Position numbers and translations under genes: made by a program. Below, piece after piece: positions 15,731 to 26,581 of a DNA stretch of 26,581 nt. How positions within the stretch are numbered: position 1 is the first letter of the stretch; every line of letters begins with the position of its first letter. This DNA is from a virus: UHGV virus genome UHGV-0119765; one strand, written 5' to 3'. The notes below the pieces were generated by a model. It was not told where the DNA came from and did not search any database. It saw nothing but the letters and a program-made list of their open reading frames with translations.

Positions 15731-16020
15731 TGGCTAATCTACGCAAAGAAGCACGCGGCAGAGAATGCCAGGTACGTATTTACGGCGTATGCAATGGCAA
15801 CCCTGAAACTACAGTTCTGGCACATTACCGGATGGCTGGAATTTGCGGAACGGGAATGAAGCCTGACGACCTGATCGGCGCATGGGCTTGTAGCGCGTGT
15901 CACGATGAAATCGACCGACGCACCCATAATCTCGACAACAAAGACGCCAGACTTTACCACCTCGAAGGCGTGATCAGGACGCAGGCGATACTGCTGAAGG
16001 AGGGGAAGATTAAGTCATGA
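15730..16020 (+). CDS. DUF1364-family nin-region protein (Cys-rich, 96 aa)
   Basis: ATG overlaps the antirepressor stop (TAATG). Cysteine pairs CQVRIYGVC ... CSACHD are typical of the DUF1364 proteins found next to rusA. Confidence 0.75.
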   Translation: MANLRKEARGRECQVRIYGVCNGNPETTVLAHYRMAGICGTGMKPDDLIGAWACSACHDEIDRRTHNLDNKDARLYHLEGVIRTQAILLKEGKIKS

Positions 16021-16379
16021 ACGAATATCAGTTTGTGCTTCCATACCCGCCGTCGGTGAACACCTACTGGCGAAGACGGGGAAGCCAATACTACATCAGC
16101 GATAAAGGCCAGAAATACCGAAAAGACGTTCAGCAAATCATCCGCCAACTCAAGTTAGACATTTTCACCAAATCACGACTCCGCATCAAAGTCATCGCAG
16201 ACGTTCCAGACTCCCGCCGCCGCGACCTCGACAACATCCTGAAAGGTTTACTCGATTCCCTTATCCACGCCGGATTTGCGGAAGACGACGAGCAATTCGA
16301 TGACATTCGCGTAATTCGTGGTGTGAAAGTACCAGGCGGACGGCTTGGAATAAAAATCACCGAACTGGAGAACGCATGA
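16017..16379 (+). CDS. rusA: Holliday junction resolvase RusA
   Basis: 120 aa; MNEYQFVLPYPPSVNTYW...DLDNILKGLLDSL is the RusA family signature. ATGA coupling to the upstream gene. Confidence 0.9.
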   Translation: MNEYQFVLPYPPSVNTYWRRRGSQYYISDKGQKYRKDVQQIIRQLKLDIFTKSRLRIKVIADVPDSRRRDLDNILKGLLDSLIHAGFAEDDEQFDDIRVIRGVKVPGGRLGIKITELENA

Positions 16380-16564
16380 ACGCCACAATTCAAACGATAC
16401 CAGAGCTTCTTATCCAGACACGAGGCAATCAGACCGAAGTGGCAAGGATGCTTTCCTGCGCAAGAGGAACAGTGCTCAAGTACAACCGAGACAGCAAAGG
16501 CGAGCGTCACGCAATAGTTAACGGCGTCCTGATGGTCAAACAGGGCAAGAGGGGAAGACGATGA
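16376..16564 (+). CDS. ninH: NinH-like protein
   Basis: 62 aa; TIPELLIQTRGNQTEVARMLSCARGTVLKYNRDSKGERHAIVNGVLMV parallels lambda NinH. ATGA coupling to rusA. Confidence 0.8.
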   Translation: MNATIQTIPELLIQTRGNQTEVARMLSCARGTVLKYNRDSKGERHAIVNGVLMVKQGKRGRR

Positions 16565-17184
16565 GACTCGAAAGCGTAGCTAAATTTCATTCGCCAAAAA
16601 GCCCAATGATGAGCGACTCACCACGGGCTACGGCTTCTGACTCTCTTTCCGGTACTGATGTGATGGCTGCTATGGGGATGGCGCAATCACAAGCCGGATT
16701 CGGTATGGCTGCATTCTGCGGTAAGCATGAACTCAGCCAGAACGACAAACAAAAGGCTATCAACTATCTGATGCAATTTGCACACAAGGTATCGGGGAAA
16801 TACCGTGGTGTGGCAAAGCTTGAAGGAAATACTAAGGCAAAGGTACTGCAAGTTCTCGCAACATTCGCTTATGCGGATTATTGCCGTAGTGCCGCGACGC
16901 CGGGCGCAAGATGCAGAGATTGCCACGGTACAGGCCGTGCGGTTGATATAGCAAAAACAGAGCAGTGGGGGAGAGTTGTCGAGAAAGAGTGCGGAAGATG
17001 CAAAGGCGTCGGCTATTCAAGGATGCCAGCAAGCGCAGCATATCGCGCTGTGACGATGCTAATACCAAACCTTACCCAACCCACCTGGTCACGCACTGTT
17101 AAGCCTCTGTATGACGCTCTGGTGGTGCAATGCCACAAAGAAGAGTCAATCGCAGACAACATTTTGAATGCGGTCACACGTTAG
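16561..17184 (+). CDS. Q: Late-gene antiterminator Q (lambda type)
   Basis: 207 aa beginning MRLESVAKFHSPKSPMMSDSPRATASD, with the zinc-binding CRDCHGTGR...CGRCKG region. Near-identical to lambda Q as I remember it. Confidence 0.95.
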   Translation: MRLESVAKFHSPKSPMMSDSPRATASDSLSGTDVMAAMGMAQSQAGFGMAAFCGKHELSQNDKQKAINYLMQFAHKVSGKYRGVAKLEGNTKAKVLQVLATFAYADYCRSAATPGARCRDCHGTGRAVDIAKTEQWGRVVEKECGRCKGVGYSRMPASAAYRAVTMLIPNLTQPTWSRTVKPLYDALVVQCHKEESIADNILNAVTR

Positions 17185-17226
17185 CAGCATGATTGCCACG
17201 GATGGCAACATATTAACGGCATGATA

Positions 17227-17255
17227 TTGACTTTTTGAATAAAGTTGGGTAAATT
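17227..17255 (+). promoter_or_regulatory. Late promoter pR' (with embedded qut region)
   Basis: -35 TTGACT (17227-17232), 17-nt spacer, -10 TAAATT (17250-17255), directly downstream of Q. The sequence closely matches the lambda pR' region. Confidence 0.75.
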
Positions 17256-17291
17256 TGACATCAACGATGGATAAATGCACTCGTTAAATAA

Positions 17292-17327
17292 AGCCCTGAG
17301 TTAATATCTCGGGGCTTTTTGCGTTTT
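17292..17327 (+). terminator. tR'-like intrinsic terminator close to pR'
   Basis: Stem AGCCCTGAG / CTCGGGGCT (one G-U pair), 7-nt loop, then TTTTTGCGTTTT, about 30-65 nt downstream of the predicted pR' start. Confidence 0.6.
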
Positions 17328-17618
17328 AAGCACGGCCTTTCTGAAAGCACATCAAACCAAATACCAGACAGACAAAAATAATCACCTTATCCGCTGTGGC
17401 TACGGTGCGGTGTGCTTTGCATAAAAGAAAACCAGCGCAATGGCTGGCTTCGTGAAAGCGGGTGGCATGAGGTTGCCCTAACAACCTCCTGCCGTTTTGC
17501 CCGTGCATATCGGTCACGAACAAATCTGATTACTAAACACAGTAGCCTGGATTTGTTCTATCAGTAATCGACCTTATTCCTAATTAAATAGAGCAAATCC
17601 CCTTATTGGGGGTAAGAC

Positions 17619-17942
17619 ATGAAGATGCCAGAAAAACATGACCTGTTAGCCGCCATTCTCGCGGCAAAGGAACAAGGCATCGGGGCAATCCTTGCGTTTG
17701 CAATGGCGTACCTTCGCGGCAGATATAATGGCGGTGCGTTTACAAAAACAGTAATCGACGCAACGATGTGCGCCATTATCGCCTGGTTCATTCGTGACCT
17801 TCTCGACTTCGCCGGACTAAGTAGCAATCTCGCTTATATAACGAGCGTGTTCATCGGCTACATCGGTACTGACTCGATTGGTTCGCTTATCAAACGCTTC
17901 GCTGCTAAAAAAGCCGGAGTAGAAGATGGTGGAAATCAATAA
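17619..17942 (+). CDS. S: Holin S (class I, dual-start S107/S105)
   Basis: 107 aa; [34 protein letters not shown]... matches lambda S, including the Met1-Lys2-Met3 dual-start motif. Upstream leader also matches lambda. Confidence 0.95.
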   Translation: MKMPEKHDLLAAILAAKEQGIGAILAFAMAYLRGRYNGGAFTKTVIDATMCAIIAWFIRDLLDFAGLSSNLAYITSVFIGYIGTDSIGSLIKRFAAKKAGVEDGGNQ

Positions 17943-18402
17943 TCAACGTAAGGCGTTCCTCGATATGCTGGCGTGGTCAGAGGGAACTGATAACGGACGA
18001 CAGAAAACCAGAAATCATGGTTATGACGTCATTGTAGGAGGAGAGCTATTCACTGATTACTCCGATCACCCTCGCAAACTTGTCACGCTAAACCCAAAAC
18101 TCAAATCAACAGCCGCCGGGCGTTACCAGCTTCTTTCCCGTTGGTGGGATGCCTATTGTAAGCAGCTTGGCCTGAAAGACTTCTCTCCGAAAAGCCAGGA
18201 CGCTGTGGCACTGCAACAGATTAAAGAACGTGGCGCTTTACCGATGATTGATCGCGGTGATATTCGTCAGGCAATTGACCGTTGCAGCAATATCTGGGCT
18301 TCACTTCCGGGCGCTGGTTATGGTCAGTTCGAGCATAAGGCTGATAGCCTGATTGCAAAATTCAAAGAAGCGGGCGGAACGGTCAGAGAGATTGAGGTAT
18401 GA
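17926..18402 (+). CDS. R: Endolysin R (lytic transglycosylase)
   Basis: 158 aa; [39 protein letters not shown]... is near-identical to lambda R. Start overlaps the S 3' end. Confidence 0.95.
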   Translation: MVEINNQRKAFLDMLAWSEGTDNGRQKTRNHGYDVIVGGELFTDYSDHPRKLVTLNPKLKSTAAGRYQLLSRWWDAYCKQLGLKDFSPKSQDAVALQQIKERGALPMIDRGDIRQAIDRCSNIWASLPGAGYGQFEHKADSLIAKFKEAGGTVREIEV

Positions 18403-18836
18403 GCAGAGTCACCGCGATTATCTCCGCTCTGGTTATCTGCATCATCGTCTGCCTGTTATGGTCTGTTAATCATTACCGTGATAACGCCATCGCCTACAAA
18501 GAGCAGCGAGATAAAGCCACATCCACAATCGCTGACATGCAGAAGCGTCAACGTGATGTAGCAGAACTCGACGCCAGATACACAAAGGAGCTTGCTGATG
18601 CTAACGCGACTATCGAAAGTCTCCGTGCTGATGTTTCTGCTGGTCGTAAGCGCCTGCAAGTCTCCGCCACCTGTGCAAAGTCAACGACCGGAGCCAGCAG
18701 CATGGGCGATGGAGAAATCCCAAGACTTACAGCAGATGCTGAACTCAATTATTACCGTCTCCGAAGTGGAATCGACAGGATAACCGCGCAGGTTAACTAC
18801 TTGCAGGAGTACATCAGGACGCAATGCCTTCGATGA
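18399..18836 (+). CDS. Rz: Spanin inner-membrane subunit Rz
   Basis: 145 aa; N-terminal transmembrane segment [26 protein letters not shown] followed by a coiled-coil periplasmic domain. ATGA coupling to R. Confidence 0.9.
   Translation: MSRVTAIISALVICIIVCLLWSVNHYRDNAIAYKEQRDKATSTIADMQKRQRDVAELDARYTKELADANATIESLRADVSAGRKRLQVSATCAKSTTGASSMGDGEIPRLTADAELNYYRLRSGIDRITAQVNYLQEYIRTQCLR
18598..18783 (+). CDS. Rz1: Spanin outer-membrane lipoprotein Rz1 (embedded in the +1 frame of Rz)
   Basis: 61 aa from the ATG at 18598 with AAGGAG RBS 7 nt upstream. Signal peptide with lipobox LVVSAC and Pro-rich mature region ([13 protein letters not shown]). Wholly inside Rz. Confidence 0.8.
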   Translation: MLTRLSKVSVLMFLLVVSACKSPPPVQSQRPEPAAWAMEKSQDLQQMLNSIITVSEVESTG

Positions 18837-19214
18837 TAGCGATAATTTTACTCATCATCCTTCACATCTGGCTCTGTAGACAGGGTGGTGATCACTTCTG
18901 GAGTGAATCCAGATTAAACATCTCATTGCTGATGCTTGAAGTTGAGCATCTGGCGCGCGGTAAGGGGCTGCGTTGAGATAAGAGCCAGTTCATTACAAAG
19001 CCTATCTACGGGTGGGCTTGATAATGAAACCGGAATTTATTCTGGGCAACCAGTTACGGCAGTACCGCGAAACAACCCAAGCCAGTAAGTGGGGAAATAA
19101 CACTGGCAGCCACTGAAAGATGAACCTCCTGCCTGATGGCAAAAAAGATTCTTTGTGGTGGCGGACTGATGGAAAGACATCCTAATCAAGCAACCACTCC
19201 ACAGGGTCATAATT

Positions 19215-19595
19215 ATGAACGACCAGCAAATCGAAAAAGAAATCGTTGAGAAAGGCAAAACGGCACCGCGAATCACTCCGCAGCACATCGAAGACGTGAT
19301 TAAAAGCGAGCATTACTTTACTGCTTATGATGGACGTAATGGTGCCATTTCCAGCAACGAATATTGTGGCAGGGAAAAACCAGAAGAAGGCGATCGTGAT
19401 TTATCACCATTGAAGTTGCTCACTTTCTGCGTACTGGTGCTGAAGAATGGCTTCACCGTCACCGGAGAGAGTGCCTGTGCAAGCACGGAAAACTTTGATG
19501 CAGAAATTGGTCGGAAGATTGCCCGGCAAAATGCTGTAAACAAAATCTGGATGCTCGAAGGTTACTTGCTGAAGCAGAAGCTAAGCGAACAGTAG
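19215..19595 (+). CDS. Gp49-like phage protein (126 aa)
   Basis: MNDQQIEKEIVEKGKTAPRITPQHIEDVI...FCVLVLKNGFTVTGESACASTENFDAEIGRKIARQNAVNKIWMLEGY resembles the N4 Gp49 / Sf6 gp66 family. Weak RBS. Confidence 0.6.
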   Translation: MNDQQIEKEIVEKGKTAPRITPQHIEDVIKSEHYFTAYDGRNGAISSNEYCGREKPEEGDRDLSPLKLLTFCVLVLKNGFTVTGESACASTENFDAEIGRKIARQNAVNKIWMLEGYLLKQKLSEQ

Positions 19596-19698
19596 TTATT
19601 ACAAAAGCCATTCCCTACAGAGTGGCTTTGATAATGGCTTATACCCTACACGGGATAACTTAACTGATATCCCTTTTAACGGATAAACGGAGCCAACA

Positions 19699-19941
19699 AT
19701 GGCAGAGATTATTCCCATGACTGAAGAACAGAAATTCCAGTTAGAGATTTACAAACTGGTCATGAACCAGAACGCAGCCGCAGAGGAAGCATTTCAGTTC
19801 ATTGGCACTGACGAACTGAAGCTTGAGCTATTCAAAATTCACTTCCAGTCAGGCGGCGCTAATTCGGATATCACGATCCGCACATTCGAAGCGGTGCGTA
19901 AATCTAAGGAAGCGTTAGACCTGTTCACTACCGGAGCATGA
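19699..19941 (+). CDS. Hypothetical protein (80 aa) upstream of the terminase genes
   Basis: ATG at 19699 with GGAG RBS; no family recognised. Confidence 0.6.
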   Translation: MAEIIPMTEEQKFQLEIYKLVMNQNAAAEEAFQFIGTDELKLELFKIHFQSGGANSDITIRTFEAVRKSKEALDLFTTGA

Positions 19942-19976
19942 TGCTCAACCTGAAATAACAACTAAGTGAGATGAAT

Positions 19977-20465
19977 ATGGCAGCACCAAAGGGCAACCGA
20001 TTTTGGGAGGCCCGCAGTAGTCATGGGCGAAACCCTAAATTCGAATCGCCTGAGGCGCTGTGGGCTGCTTGTTGTGAATACTTCGAGTGGGCTGATGATA
20101 ACCCGCTATGGGAGGGTAAGGTATTTTCATATCAGGGAGAAATAATTAAGGCTAATGTCCCTAAGATGCGAGCCATGACTATTTCAGGATTGTGTACCTT
20201 CCTTGATATCACCAGGCAAACATGGGGGACCTTCCGGTCAATGGAAGGTTTTTCTGACGTCACATCACGAGCGGAAGACATCATCTACGACCAGAAATTC
20301 TCTGGCGCAGCCGCTGACCTTCTCAACGCTAACATCATCGCCCGTGATTTGGGCCTCAAAGAGCAGTCGCAAGTTGAAGACGTGACACCTGATAAGGGAG
20401 ATCGCGATAAGCGACGCTCTCGTATCAAGGAGCTATTCAACCGTGGAACTGGACGCGATTCTTGA
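19977..20465 (+). CDS. Terminase small subunit (P22 gp3-like)
   Basis: 162 aa from the ATG at 19977 (GTGAG 6 nt upstream); [46 protein letters not shown] matches P22 gene 3 as I remember it. The track ORF starts two codons earlier. Confidence 0.9.
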   Translation: MAAPKGNRFWEARSSHGRNPKFESPEALWAACCEYFEWADDNPLWEGKVFSYQGEIIKANVPKMRAMTISGLCTFLDITRQTWGTFRSMEGFSDVTSRAEDIIYDQKFSGAAADLLNANIIARDLGLKEQSQVEDVTPDKGDRDKRRSRIKELFNRGTGRDS

Positions 20466-21942
20466 TAACCTGAGCGACGAAGAGCAAATCGAATTGCTCG
20501 AGCTACTCGAAGAAGAAGAGAACTACCGTAACACACACCTGCTATATGAATTTACGCCATACAGCAAACAGCGTGAGTTCATCGACGCCGGGCATGACTA
20601 TCCAGAGCGATGTTTTATGGCTGGTAACCAGCTTGGTAAGTCATTTACTGGTGCTGCTGAAGTCGCGTTTCACCTTACAGGGCGTTATCCGGGCACAAAA
20701 GGCTATCCTGCTGATGGTAAATATGGCGGTGAGTGGAAAGGTAAGCGTTTCTATGAGCCTGTTGTCTTCTGGATTGGCGGCGAGACAAACGAGACGGTAA
20801 CCAAAACGACTCAACGCATCCTGTGCGGTCGTATTGAAGAGAATGATGAACCGGGCTACGGTTCAATACCGAAAGAGGACATCATTAGCTGGAAGAAGTC
20901 TCCTTTCTTTCCGAACCTTGTTGATCATCTTCTGGTTAAGCATCACACGGCTGATGGCGTTGAAGATGGCATTTCAATCTGCTACTTCAAGCCATACTCG
21001 CAAGGCCGTGCTCGCTGGCAGGGTGACACAATCCACGGCGTGTGGTTTGACGAAGAGCCACCATACAGCATTTATGGCGAAGGTCTTACCCGTACCAACA
21101 AATACGGGCAATTCTCAATTCTGACGTTTACCCCGCTGATGGGGATGTCTGACGTTGTTACCAAGTTCCTGAAGAATCCAAGCAAGTCGCAGAAAGTGGT
21201 CAACATGACCATCTATGACGCTGAGCACTACACCGACGAGCAGAAAGAGCAAATCATCGCATCCTATCCTGAGCATGAGAGAGAGGCGCGTGCTCGCGGT
21301 ATTCCTACGATGGGTAGCGGGCGAATCTTCCAGATACCGGAAGAGACGATTAAGTGTCAGCCGTTTGAGTGCCCTGATCACTTCTACGTAATTGGCGGGA
21401 TGGATTTCGGATGGGATCACCCGCAGGCGCAGGTTCAGCTTTGGTGGGATAAGGACGCAGACACAATCTACGTTTCACGCGTGTGGAAGGCGAAAGAAAA
21501 GACAGCCGTTCAGGCGTGGGGAGCTGTTAAATCATGGGCGCATAAAGTGCCAACCGCATGGCCTCATGACGGAAACCAGCATGAGAAGGGCGGTGGTGAG
21601 CAGCTCAAAGGGCAGTATGCAGACGCTGGATTTATGATGTTGCAGGAGCATGCGACATGGCCTGATGGCGGTAATGCTGTTGAGCCTGGCATCACTGAAT
21701 TGCGAGACATGATGCTCGATGGTCGCTTCAAAGTATTCAACACCTGTGAGCCATTCTTTGAGGAGTTCCGCCTCTATCACCGTGATGAAAACGGGAAGAT
21801 CGTCAAGCTTAACGACGACGTTCTCTCAGCCGTTCGCTATGCATACATGATGCGCCGCTTCGCCAAAATGATGCGCGACATCAAAAAACCAAAAGAGAAA
21901 AAGATACCAGCCCCAATCAGGCCCATCGCACGGAGAACTTAA
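20443..21942 (+). CDS. Terminase large subunit (P22 gp2-like)
   Basis: 499 aa from a GTG at 20443 that overlaps the small-subunit 3' end. Close match to P22 gp2 along its length. Confidence 0.95.
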   Translation: MELDAILDNLSDEEQIELLELLEEEENYRNTHLLYEFTPYSKQREFIDAGHDYPERCFMAGNQLGKSFTGAAEVAFHLTGRYPGTKGYPADGKYGGEWKGKRFYEPVVFWIGGETNETVTKTTQRILCGRIEENDEPGYGSIPKEDIISWKKSPFFPNLVDHLLVKHHTADGVEDGISICYFKPYSQGRARWQGDTIHGVWFDEEPPYSIYGEGLTRTNKYGQFSILTFTPLMGMSDVVTKFLKNPSKSQKVVNMTIYDAEHYTDEQKEQIIASYPEHEREARARGIPTMGSGRIFQIPEETIKCQPFECPDHFYVIGGMDFGWDHPQAQVQLWWDKDADTIYVSRVWKAKEKTAVQAWGAVKSWAHKVPTAWPHDGNQHEKGGGEQLKGQYADAGFMMLQEHATWPDGGNAVEPGITELRDMMLDGRFKVFNTCEPFFEEFRLYHRDENGKIVKLNDDVLSAVRYAYMMRRFAKMMRDIKKPKEKKIPAPIRPIARRT

Positions 21943-24108
21943 ATGGCCGACGAAAACAGACTCAATTCCATTCTGTGTAAGTTTGACGCAGACTGGATGG
22001 CGAGCGATGAAGCCAGAACCGAGGCGACAAATGACCTGTTTTTTAGCCGAGTGTCGCAATGGGATGACTGGCTATCAAACTACACCACCCTGCAATATCG
22101 CGGACAATTCGATGTTGTTCGCCCAGTGGTCAGGAAACTGGTCGCAGAGATGCGCCGGAACCCTATCGACGTTCTCTTCCGACCCAAAGACGGCGCTAAT
22201 CCTGATGCAGCCGATGTGTTGATGGGGATGTATCGTACTGATATGCGCCATAACACGGCAAAGATTGCCGTTAACGTTGGCGTTCGTGAGCAGATAGAGT
22301 CCGGCGTTGGTGCATGGCGTCTGGTCACACAGTACGAAGACAACGACCCAACAAGCAACAATCAGGTAATCAGACGCCTGCCAATCCATGAGGCCTGCTC
22401 ACACGTCATATGGGACGCCAACAGCAAGCAGATGGATAAGAGCGACGCTAAGCACTGCACGGTGATTAACGCCTTGTCACGCAATGGCTGGAAAGAGTTC
22501 GCAGAGGATTACGGTATTGATCCGGACACCTTGCCATCTTTCCAGAATCCGAACGACACATGGCTGTTTCCGTGGGTATCGAATGATGTCGTCTACGTCG
22601 CTGAGTATTACGAGATAGAAGAGAAGAAAGAGAAGGTCTTCATCTACCGCGACCCGCTGACAGGTGAGCCGGTCAGCTATTACCAGCAGGATATTAAAGA
22701 CGTCATCGACGACCTGGCTAATCGTGGATTCATTAAGGTAGCAGAGCGCAAGGTGAAGCGTCGGCGTGTGTATAAGTCGATCATCACCTGCACACAGATA
22801 CTGAAAGACCGCGAGAAGATAGCAGGAGAGCATATTCCAATCGTTCCAGTGTATGGCGAATGGTCATTCGCTGGTGACAAGGAGTGCTACGAAGGAGTGG
22901 TAAGGCTGACGAAAGACGGTCAACGCCTTCGTAACATGATCATGTCATTCAACGCCGATATTGTTGGTCGTTCACCGAAGAAGAAACCGACCTTCTTCCC
23001 TGAGCAAATCGAAGGCTACGAATACATGTACGGTGGAAATGATGACTATCCGTACTATCTCCAGAACAGGACTGATGAAAACGGTAACGACCTGCCGATT
23101 GGTCCAATCTCCTACATGGAAAACCCTGAAGTGCCGCAAGCCAACGCTTACATGCTTGAGGCTGCCACCAACGCAGTGAAAGAGGTGGCTAGTCTTGGCG
23201 TGGATGCACAGGCAGCAAACTCTCAGGTCTCTTTCGATACCGTCAATCAACTGAACATGCGGTCAGACCTTGAGACATACGTGTTTCAGGATAACCTGGC
23301 TACCGCAATGCGGCGTGATGGCGAGATTTATGCCTCAATGGTCAATGATATTTATGACATCCCTCGTCATGTAACGCTGACACTTGAAGATGGAAGCGAG
23401 AAAGACGTTCAACTCTACGCGCAAGTTGTCGATTACCAGTCCGGTAATGTGGTCACACTCAACGACATTCGCGGTCGCTACGAGTGCTATATAGGAGTTG
23501 GACCATCCTTCCAGAGCATGAAGGAACAGAACCGCGCAGAGATTCAGGAGTTGCTAACAAAGGTTCCGCAAGGTACTCCAGAGTTCCAGATGCTGATGCT
23601 GCAATACTTCACGCTGCTTGACGGTAAAGGCGTCGAGATGATGCGAGAGTACGCGAACAAGCAACTGGTGATGATGGGGCTGAAGAAACCAGAAACACCT
23701 GAAGAGATGGAGATGGTACAACAGGCGCAACAGCAGCCGCAGCAGCCATCAGCAGAGCAAATTCAGGCGCAGGGTATCCTTCTGCAAGGTCAGGCTGAAT
23801 TGCTCAAGGCAGAGAACCAACAGGCGCAGATTCAGGTTGAAGCCGCCAAGGTTGAAGCCCAAAACCAACTCAACGCCGCGAAGATTGCGGAAATCTTCAA
23901 CAATATGGACCTCGACAAGCAGGCAGAACTGCGTGAGTACCTCAAGATCGTAGGTCAATTCCAGCAACAGCGCAGCAAAGATGCTCGTGCTAACGCTGAG
24001 CTGCTTCTTAAAGATGCAGACCAGACTCATTCACAACGCATGGATTTCGCGAATCTTATGCGTCAAGTTCAAATCCCCTCCGGCGGAGTAGCCGAGACAC
24101 CTCAATAA
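21943..24108 (+). CDS. Portal protein (P22 gp1-like)
   Basis: 721 aa, GGAG RBS; high similarity to the P22 portal across the core, with a Gln-rich C-terminal barrel region. Confidence 0.95.
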   Translation: MADENRLNSILCKFDADWMASDEARTEATNDLFFSRVSQWDDWLSNYTTLQYRGQFDVVRPVVRKLVAEMRRNPIDVLFRPKDGANPDAADVLMGMYRTDMRHNTAKIAVNVGVREQIESGVGAWRLVTQYEDNDPTSNNQVIRRLPIHEACSHVIWDANSKQMDKSDAKHCTVINALSRNGWKEFAEDYGIDPDTLPSFQNPNDTWLFPWVSNDVVYVAEYYEIEEKKEKVFIYRDPLTGEPVSYYQQDIKDVIDDLANRGFIKVAERKVKRRRVYKSIITCTQILKDREKIAGEHIPIVPVYGEWSFAGDKECYEGVVRLTKDGQRLRNMIMSFNADIVGRSPKKKPTFFPEQIEGYEYMYGGNDDYPYYLQNRTDENGNDLPIGPISYMENPEVPQANAYMLEAATNAVKEVASLGVDAQAANSQVSFDTVNQLNMRSDLETYVFQDNLATAMRRDGEIYASMVNDIYDIPRHVTLTLEDGSEKDVQLYAQVVDYQSGNVVTLNDIRGRYECYIGVGPSFQSMKEQNRAEIQELLTKVPQGTPEFQMLMLQYFTLLDGKGVEMMREYANKQLVMMGLKKPETPEEMEMVQQAQQQPQQPSAEQIQAQGILLQGQAELLKAENQQAQIQVEAAKVEAQNQLNAAKIAEIFNNMDLDKQAELREYLKIVGQFQQQRSKDARANAELLLKDADQTHSQRMDFANLMRQVQIPSGGVAETPQ

Positions 24109-24121
24109 GAGAGAGTTAACC

Positions 24122-25033
24122 ATGGACCAAACCACCGACATTCAGGCTTCTGAAGAATTAACCCTGCCCGGCAATCATGCAGCGGCATCTGCTGATGGCT
24201 TAGTTGTCGATAATGCCAACGACAACGCAGGTCAGGAAGAAGGCTTCGAGATTGTCCTGAAAGACGATGAGAAACCAAAACAAGACCCGGCAACTAATGC
24301 TGAATTTGCCCGTCGCCGCATTGAACGCAAACGCCAGCGTGAGCTTGAGCAGCAGATGGAAGCGGTTAAGCGTGGAGAGTTGCCGGAGCACCTGCGGGTG
24401 AACCCTGAGTTACCAAAACAACCAGACCCTAACGATTATCTTTCCGAAGATGCACTGGCTAAGTACGACTATGACCAGAGCCGCGCACTGGCTGCCTTCC
24501 AGCAGGCAAACAGTGAATGGCAGATCAAGGCTATGGACGCACGAAGCCAGGCTGTCGCCGAGCAGGGTCGCAAAACTCAGGAGTTCACCCAGCAATCAGC
24601 GCAATACGTCGAGGCAGCCCGTAAGCACTACGACGCAGCGGAAAAGCTCAATATCCCTGACTATCAGGAGAAAGAGGATGCATTCATGCAACTGGTGCCG
24701 CCAGCAGTCGGTGCCGACATCATGCGCCTCTTCCCGGAGAAATCCGCCGCTCTCATGTATCACCTTGGTGCTAATCCTGAGAAAACACGCCAGTTGCTGG
24801 CGATGGACGGGCAATCCGCGCTGATTGAGCTCACTCGACTGTCAGAACGTTTAACTCTCAAGCCTCGAGCCAAGCCTGTTTCAGAAGCCCCGTTACCTGA
24901 TGAACCCATTCAGGGACACGCTGTTGCTGCAAATATTTCTGCGATTGAAAAGCAGATGGAAGCGGCAGCAAACAAAGGGGATGTAGAGGCGTACCGCAAG
25001 CTCAAGGCGCAACTGAATAAAGGAATTCGATAA
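24122..25033 (+). CDS. Scaffolding protein (P22 gp8-like)
   Basis: 303 aa, the same length as P22 gp8 and closely similar along its length. Confidence 0.9.
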   Translation: MDQTTDIQASEELTLPGNHAAASADGLVVDNANDNAGQEEGFEIVLKDDEKPKQDPATNAEFARRRIERKRQRELEQQMEAVKRGELPEHLRVNPELPKQPDPNDYLSEDALAKYDYDQSRALAAFQQANSEWQIKAMDARSQAVAEQGRKTQEFTQQSAQYVEAARKHYDAAEKLNIPDYQEKEDAFMQLVPPAVGADIMRLFPEKSAALMYHLGANPEKTRQLLAMDGQSALIELTRLSERLTLKPRAKPVSEAPLPDEPIQGHAVAANISAIEKQMEAAANKGDVEAYRKLKAQLNKGIR

Positions 25034-26328
25034 TGGCATTAAATGAAGGTCAACTGGTCACGTATGCTCTGGATGAAATCATCGAAACCGTCCAGAACCT
25101 GACGCCAATGGCGTCCAAAGTGACAAAATACACCCCTCCGGCAGAATCCATGCAGCGTTCAAGCAACACCGTGTGGATGCCTGTTGAGCAGGAAGCGCCA
25201 ACCCAGACTGGCTGGGATTTAACTGGCAACGCAACCGGGATTCTGGAACTCTCCGTGAAGTGCAACATGGGCGATCCGGATAACGATTTCTTCGAGCTTC
25301 GTGCAGATGACCTGCGTGATGAGCGTTCTTACCGTCGCCGCATCCAGGCATCCGCCAAAAAACTGGCGAATAACATTGAGTCAGCGATTGCCAAACAGGC
25401 AACTGAAATGGGCTCGCTTGTTGTTCACGATACCCGCGCAATTGGTCCATCTACTGGCCTGTCTGGATGGGATTTTGTGTCTGATGCAGAGCGACTGATG
25501 TTCTCCCGTGAGCTAAACCGCGATATGGGCATCAGTTACTTCCTGAATCCTGACGATTACCGCAAAGCAGGCCGCAACCTGGTAGATGGTGACATCTTCG
25601 GTCGCGTTCCTGAAGAAGCGTATCGCAACGGTACTATTCAGCGTCAGATTGCTGGCTTTGATGAAATTCTTCGCTCACCGAAACTTCCGGCAGTTACCAA
25701 GTCAACCGCTACTGGTGTAACTGTTTCTGGTGCGCAGAAGTTTAAGCCGCAGGCATACACTCTTGATACCGATGGTAACAAAGAGAACGTCGACAACCGT
25801 GTTGCAACGGTGACCGTATCCTCCACCACCGGATTTAAGCGCGGCGACAAAATCAGCTTCACTGGCGTGAAATTCCTGTCTCAGATGGCGAAGAATGTGC
25901 TGACTGATGACGCGACTTTCTCAATCACCCGTGTGATCGATGGTACTCACATCGAAATCACGCCGAAGCCGATTGCGCTGGATGACGCGTCACTGACAAA
26001 AGAAGAGAAGGCTTACGCTAACGTAAACACCTCTCTTGCTAATACCACTCCGGTAAACGTTCTGAACGTGGCAACAACCACCGCTAACGTGTTCTGGGCT
26101 GATGACTCAATCCGCCTGCTGTCTCAGCCGATTCCGGTAACCCATGAACTGTTTGCTGGCATGAAAACTTCTTCCTTCAGCATTCCAGGTATTGGTGTTA
26201 ACGGCATCTTCGCAACGCAGGGTGATATCAACACTCTGTCTGGTAAGTGCCGTATTGCTGTGTGGTATTCAGCATGTGCTGTACGACCAGAGGCAATTGG
26301 TGTTGGTCTGCCTAACCAGACTGCGTGA
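25033..26328 (+). CDS. Major capsid (coat) protein (P22 gp5-like)
   Basis: 431 aa; similar to P22 coat protein throughout (for example [30 protein letters not shown]). TAATG coupling with the scaffold gene. Confidence 0.95.
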   Translation: MALNEGQLVTYALDEIIETVQNLTPMASKVTKYTPPAESMQRSSNTVWMPVEQEAPTQTGWDLTGNATGILELSVKCNMGDPDNDFFELRADDLRDERSYRRRIQASAKKLANNIESAIAKQATEMGSLVVHDTRAIGPSTGLSGWDFVSDAERLMFSRELNRDMGISYFLNPDDYRKAGRNLVDGDIFGRVPEEAYRNGTIQRQIAGFDEILRSPKLPAVTKSTATGVTVSGAQKFKPQAYTLDTDGNKENVDNRVATVTVSSTTGFKRGDKISFTGVKFLSQMAKNVLTDDATFSITRVIDGTHIEITPKPIALDDASLTKEEKAYANVNTSLANTTPVNVLNVATTTANVFWADDSIRLLSQPIPVTHELFAGMKTSSFSIPGIGVNGIFATQGDINTLSGKCRIAVWYSACAVRPEAIGVGLPNQTA

Positions 26329-26334
26329 TAACCA

Positions 26335-26358
26335 GAGGGAGCTTCGGCTCCCTTTTTT
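26335..26358 (+). terminator. Rho-independent terminator after the coat gene
   Basis: Stem GGGAGC / GCTCCC with loop TTCG, followed by TTTTTTAT, 7 nt after the coat stop. Confidence 0.8.
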
Positions 26359-26372
26359 ATCTGGAGACAAGC

Positions 26373-26581
<209 letters not shown>

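Noticed and set aside
16130-16510. 126-aa minus-strand ORF
   Set aside because: Antisense to rusA and ninH in a tightly coupled plus-strand operon.
19037-19288. 83-aa minus-strand ORF between Rz and the Gp49-like gene
   Set aside because: Cys/Trp-rich improbable translation, overlaps the start of the Gp49-like gene, and no RBS. A lambda-like bor gene was looked for here but nothing resembling it was found.
21943-24108. Multiple 60-120-aa ORFs on both strands inside the portal gene (for example 22075..22389, 22477..22833, 23749..24030)
   Set aside because: All lie within or antisense to the portal coding sequence, which matches P22 gp1 along its full length.

Overview
The window is the left boundary and about 26 kb of an integrated mosaic lambdoid prophage in an enterobacterial chromosome. 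Everything below is read from the sequence and from remembered protein families; no database search was run. Positions 1-112 (minus strand) encode the N-terminus of a host exonuclease I (sbcB-like) gene. The prophage then runs: P4/CP4-57-style integrase with a convergent AlpA-type excisionase (294-1644); a leftward early operon of small hypothetical genes, DUF551, Ea22-like, an SSB plus Rad52-like annealing pair, a cIII-like gene and a lambda-type N with nutL and pL (1675-7720); an immunity region with a leaderless cI (lambda-type C-terminal domain, different DNA-binding domain), divergent PR/PRM operators, an XRE-type Cro, nutR and lambda-type cII (8896-10297); a P22-style replication module (O-like initiator with internal iteron origin, DnaB-type helicase, tR2-like terminator); a nin region (ninB, Dam-type methyltransferase, ninE, ninF, DUF1364, rusA, ninH) interrupted by two morons; lambda-type Q, pR', S, R, Rz/Rz1; and P22-type head genes (small and large terminase, portal, scaffold, coat), ending in a truncated gene with an (EP)n repeat. 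The strongest candidate for an undescribed system is an AT-rich 345-355 aa single-pass membrane protein gene sitting exactly where lambda carries rexAB (immediately downstream of cI, same strand, with its own terminator before pL). A second candidate is an AT-rich 155-aa gene in the nin region that pairs a Rha-like N-terminus with a C-terminal DUF559/Vsr-like nuclease-type motif, next to a KilA-C antirepressor paralog. No CRISPR array, rRNA or tRNA was found.
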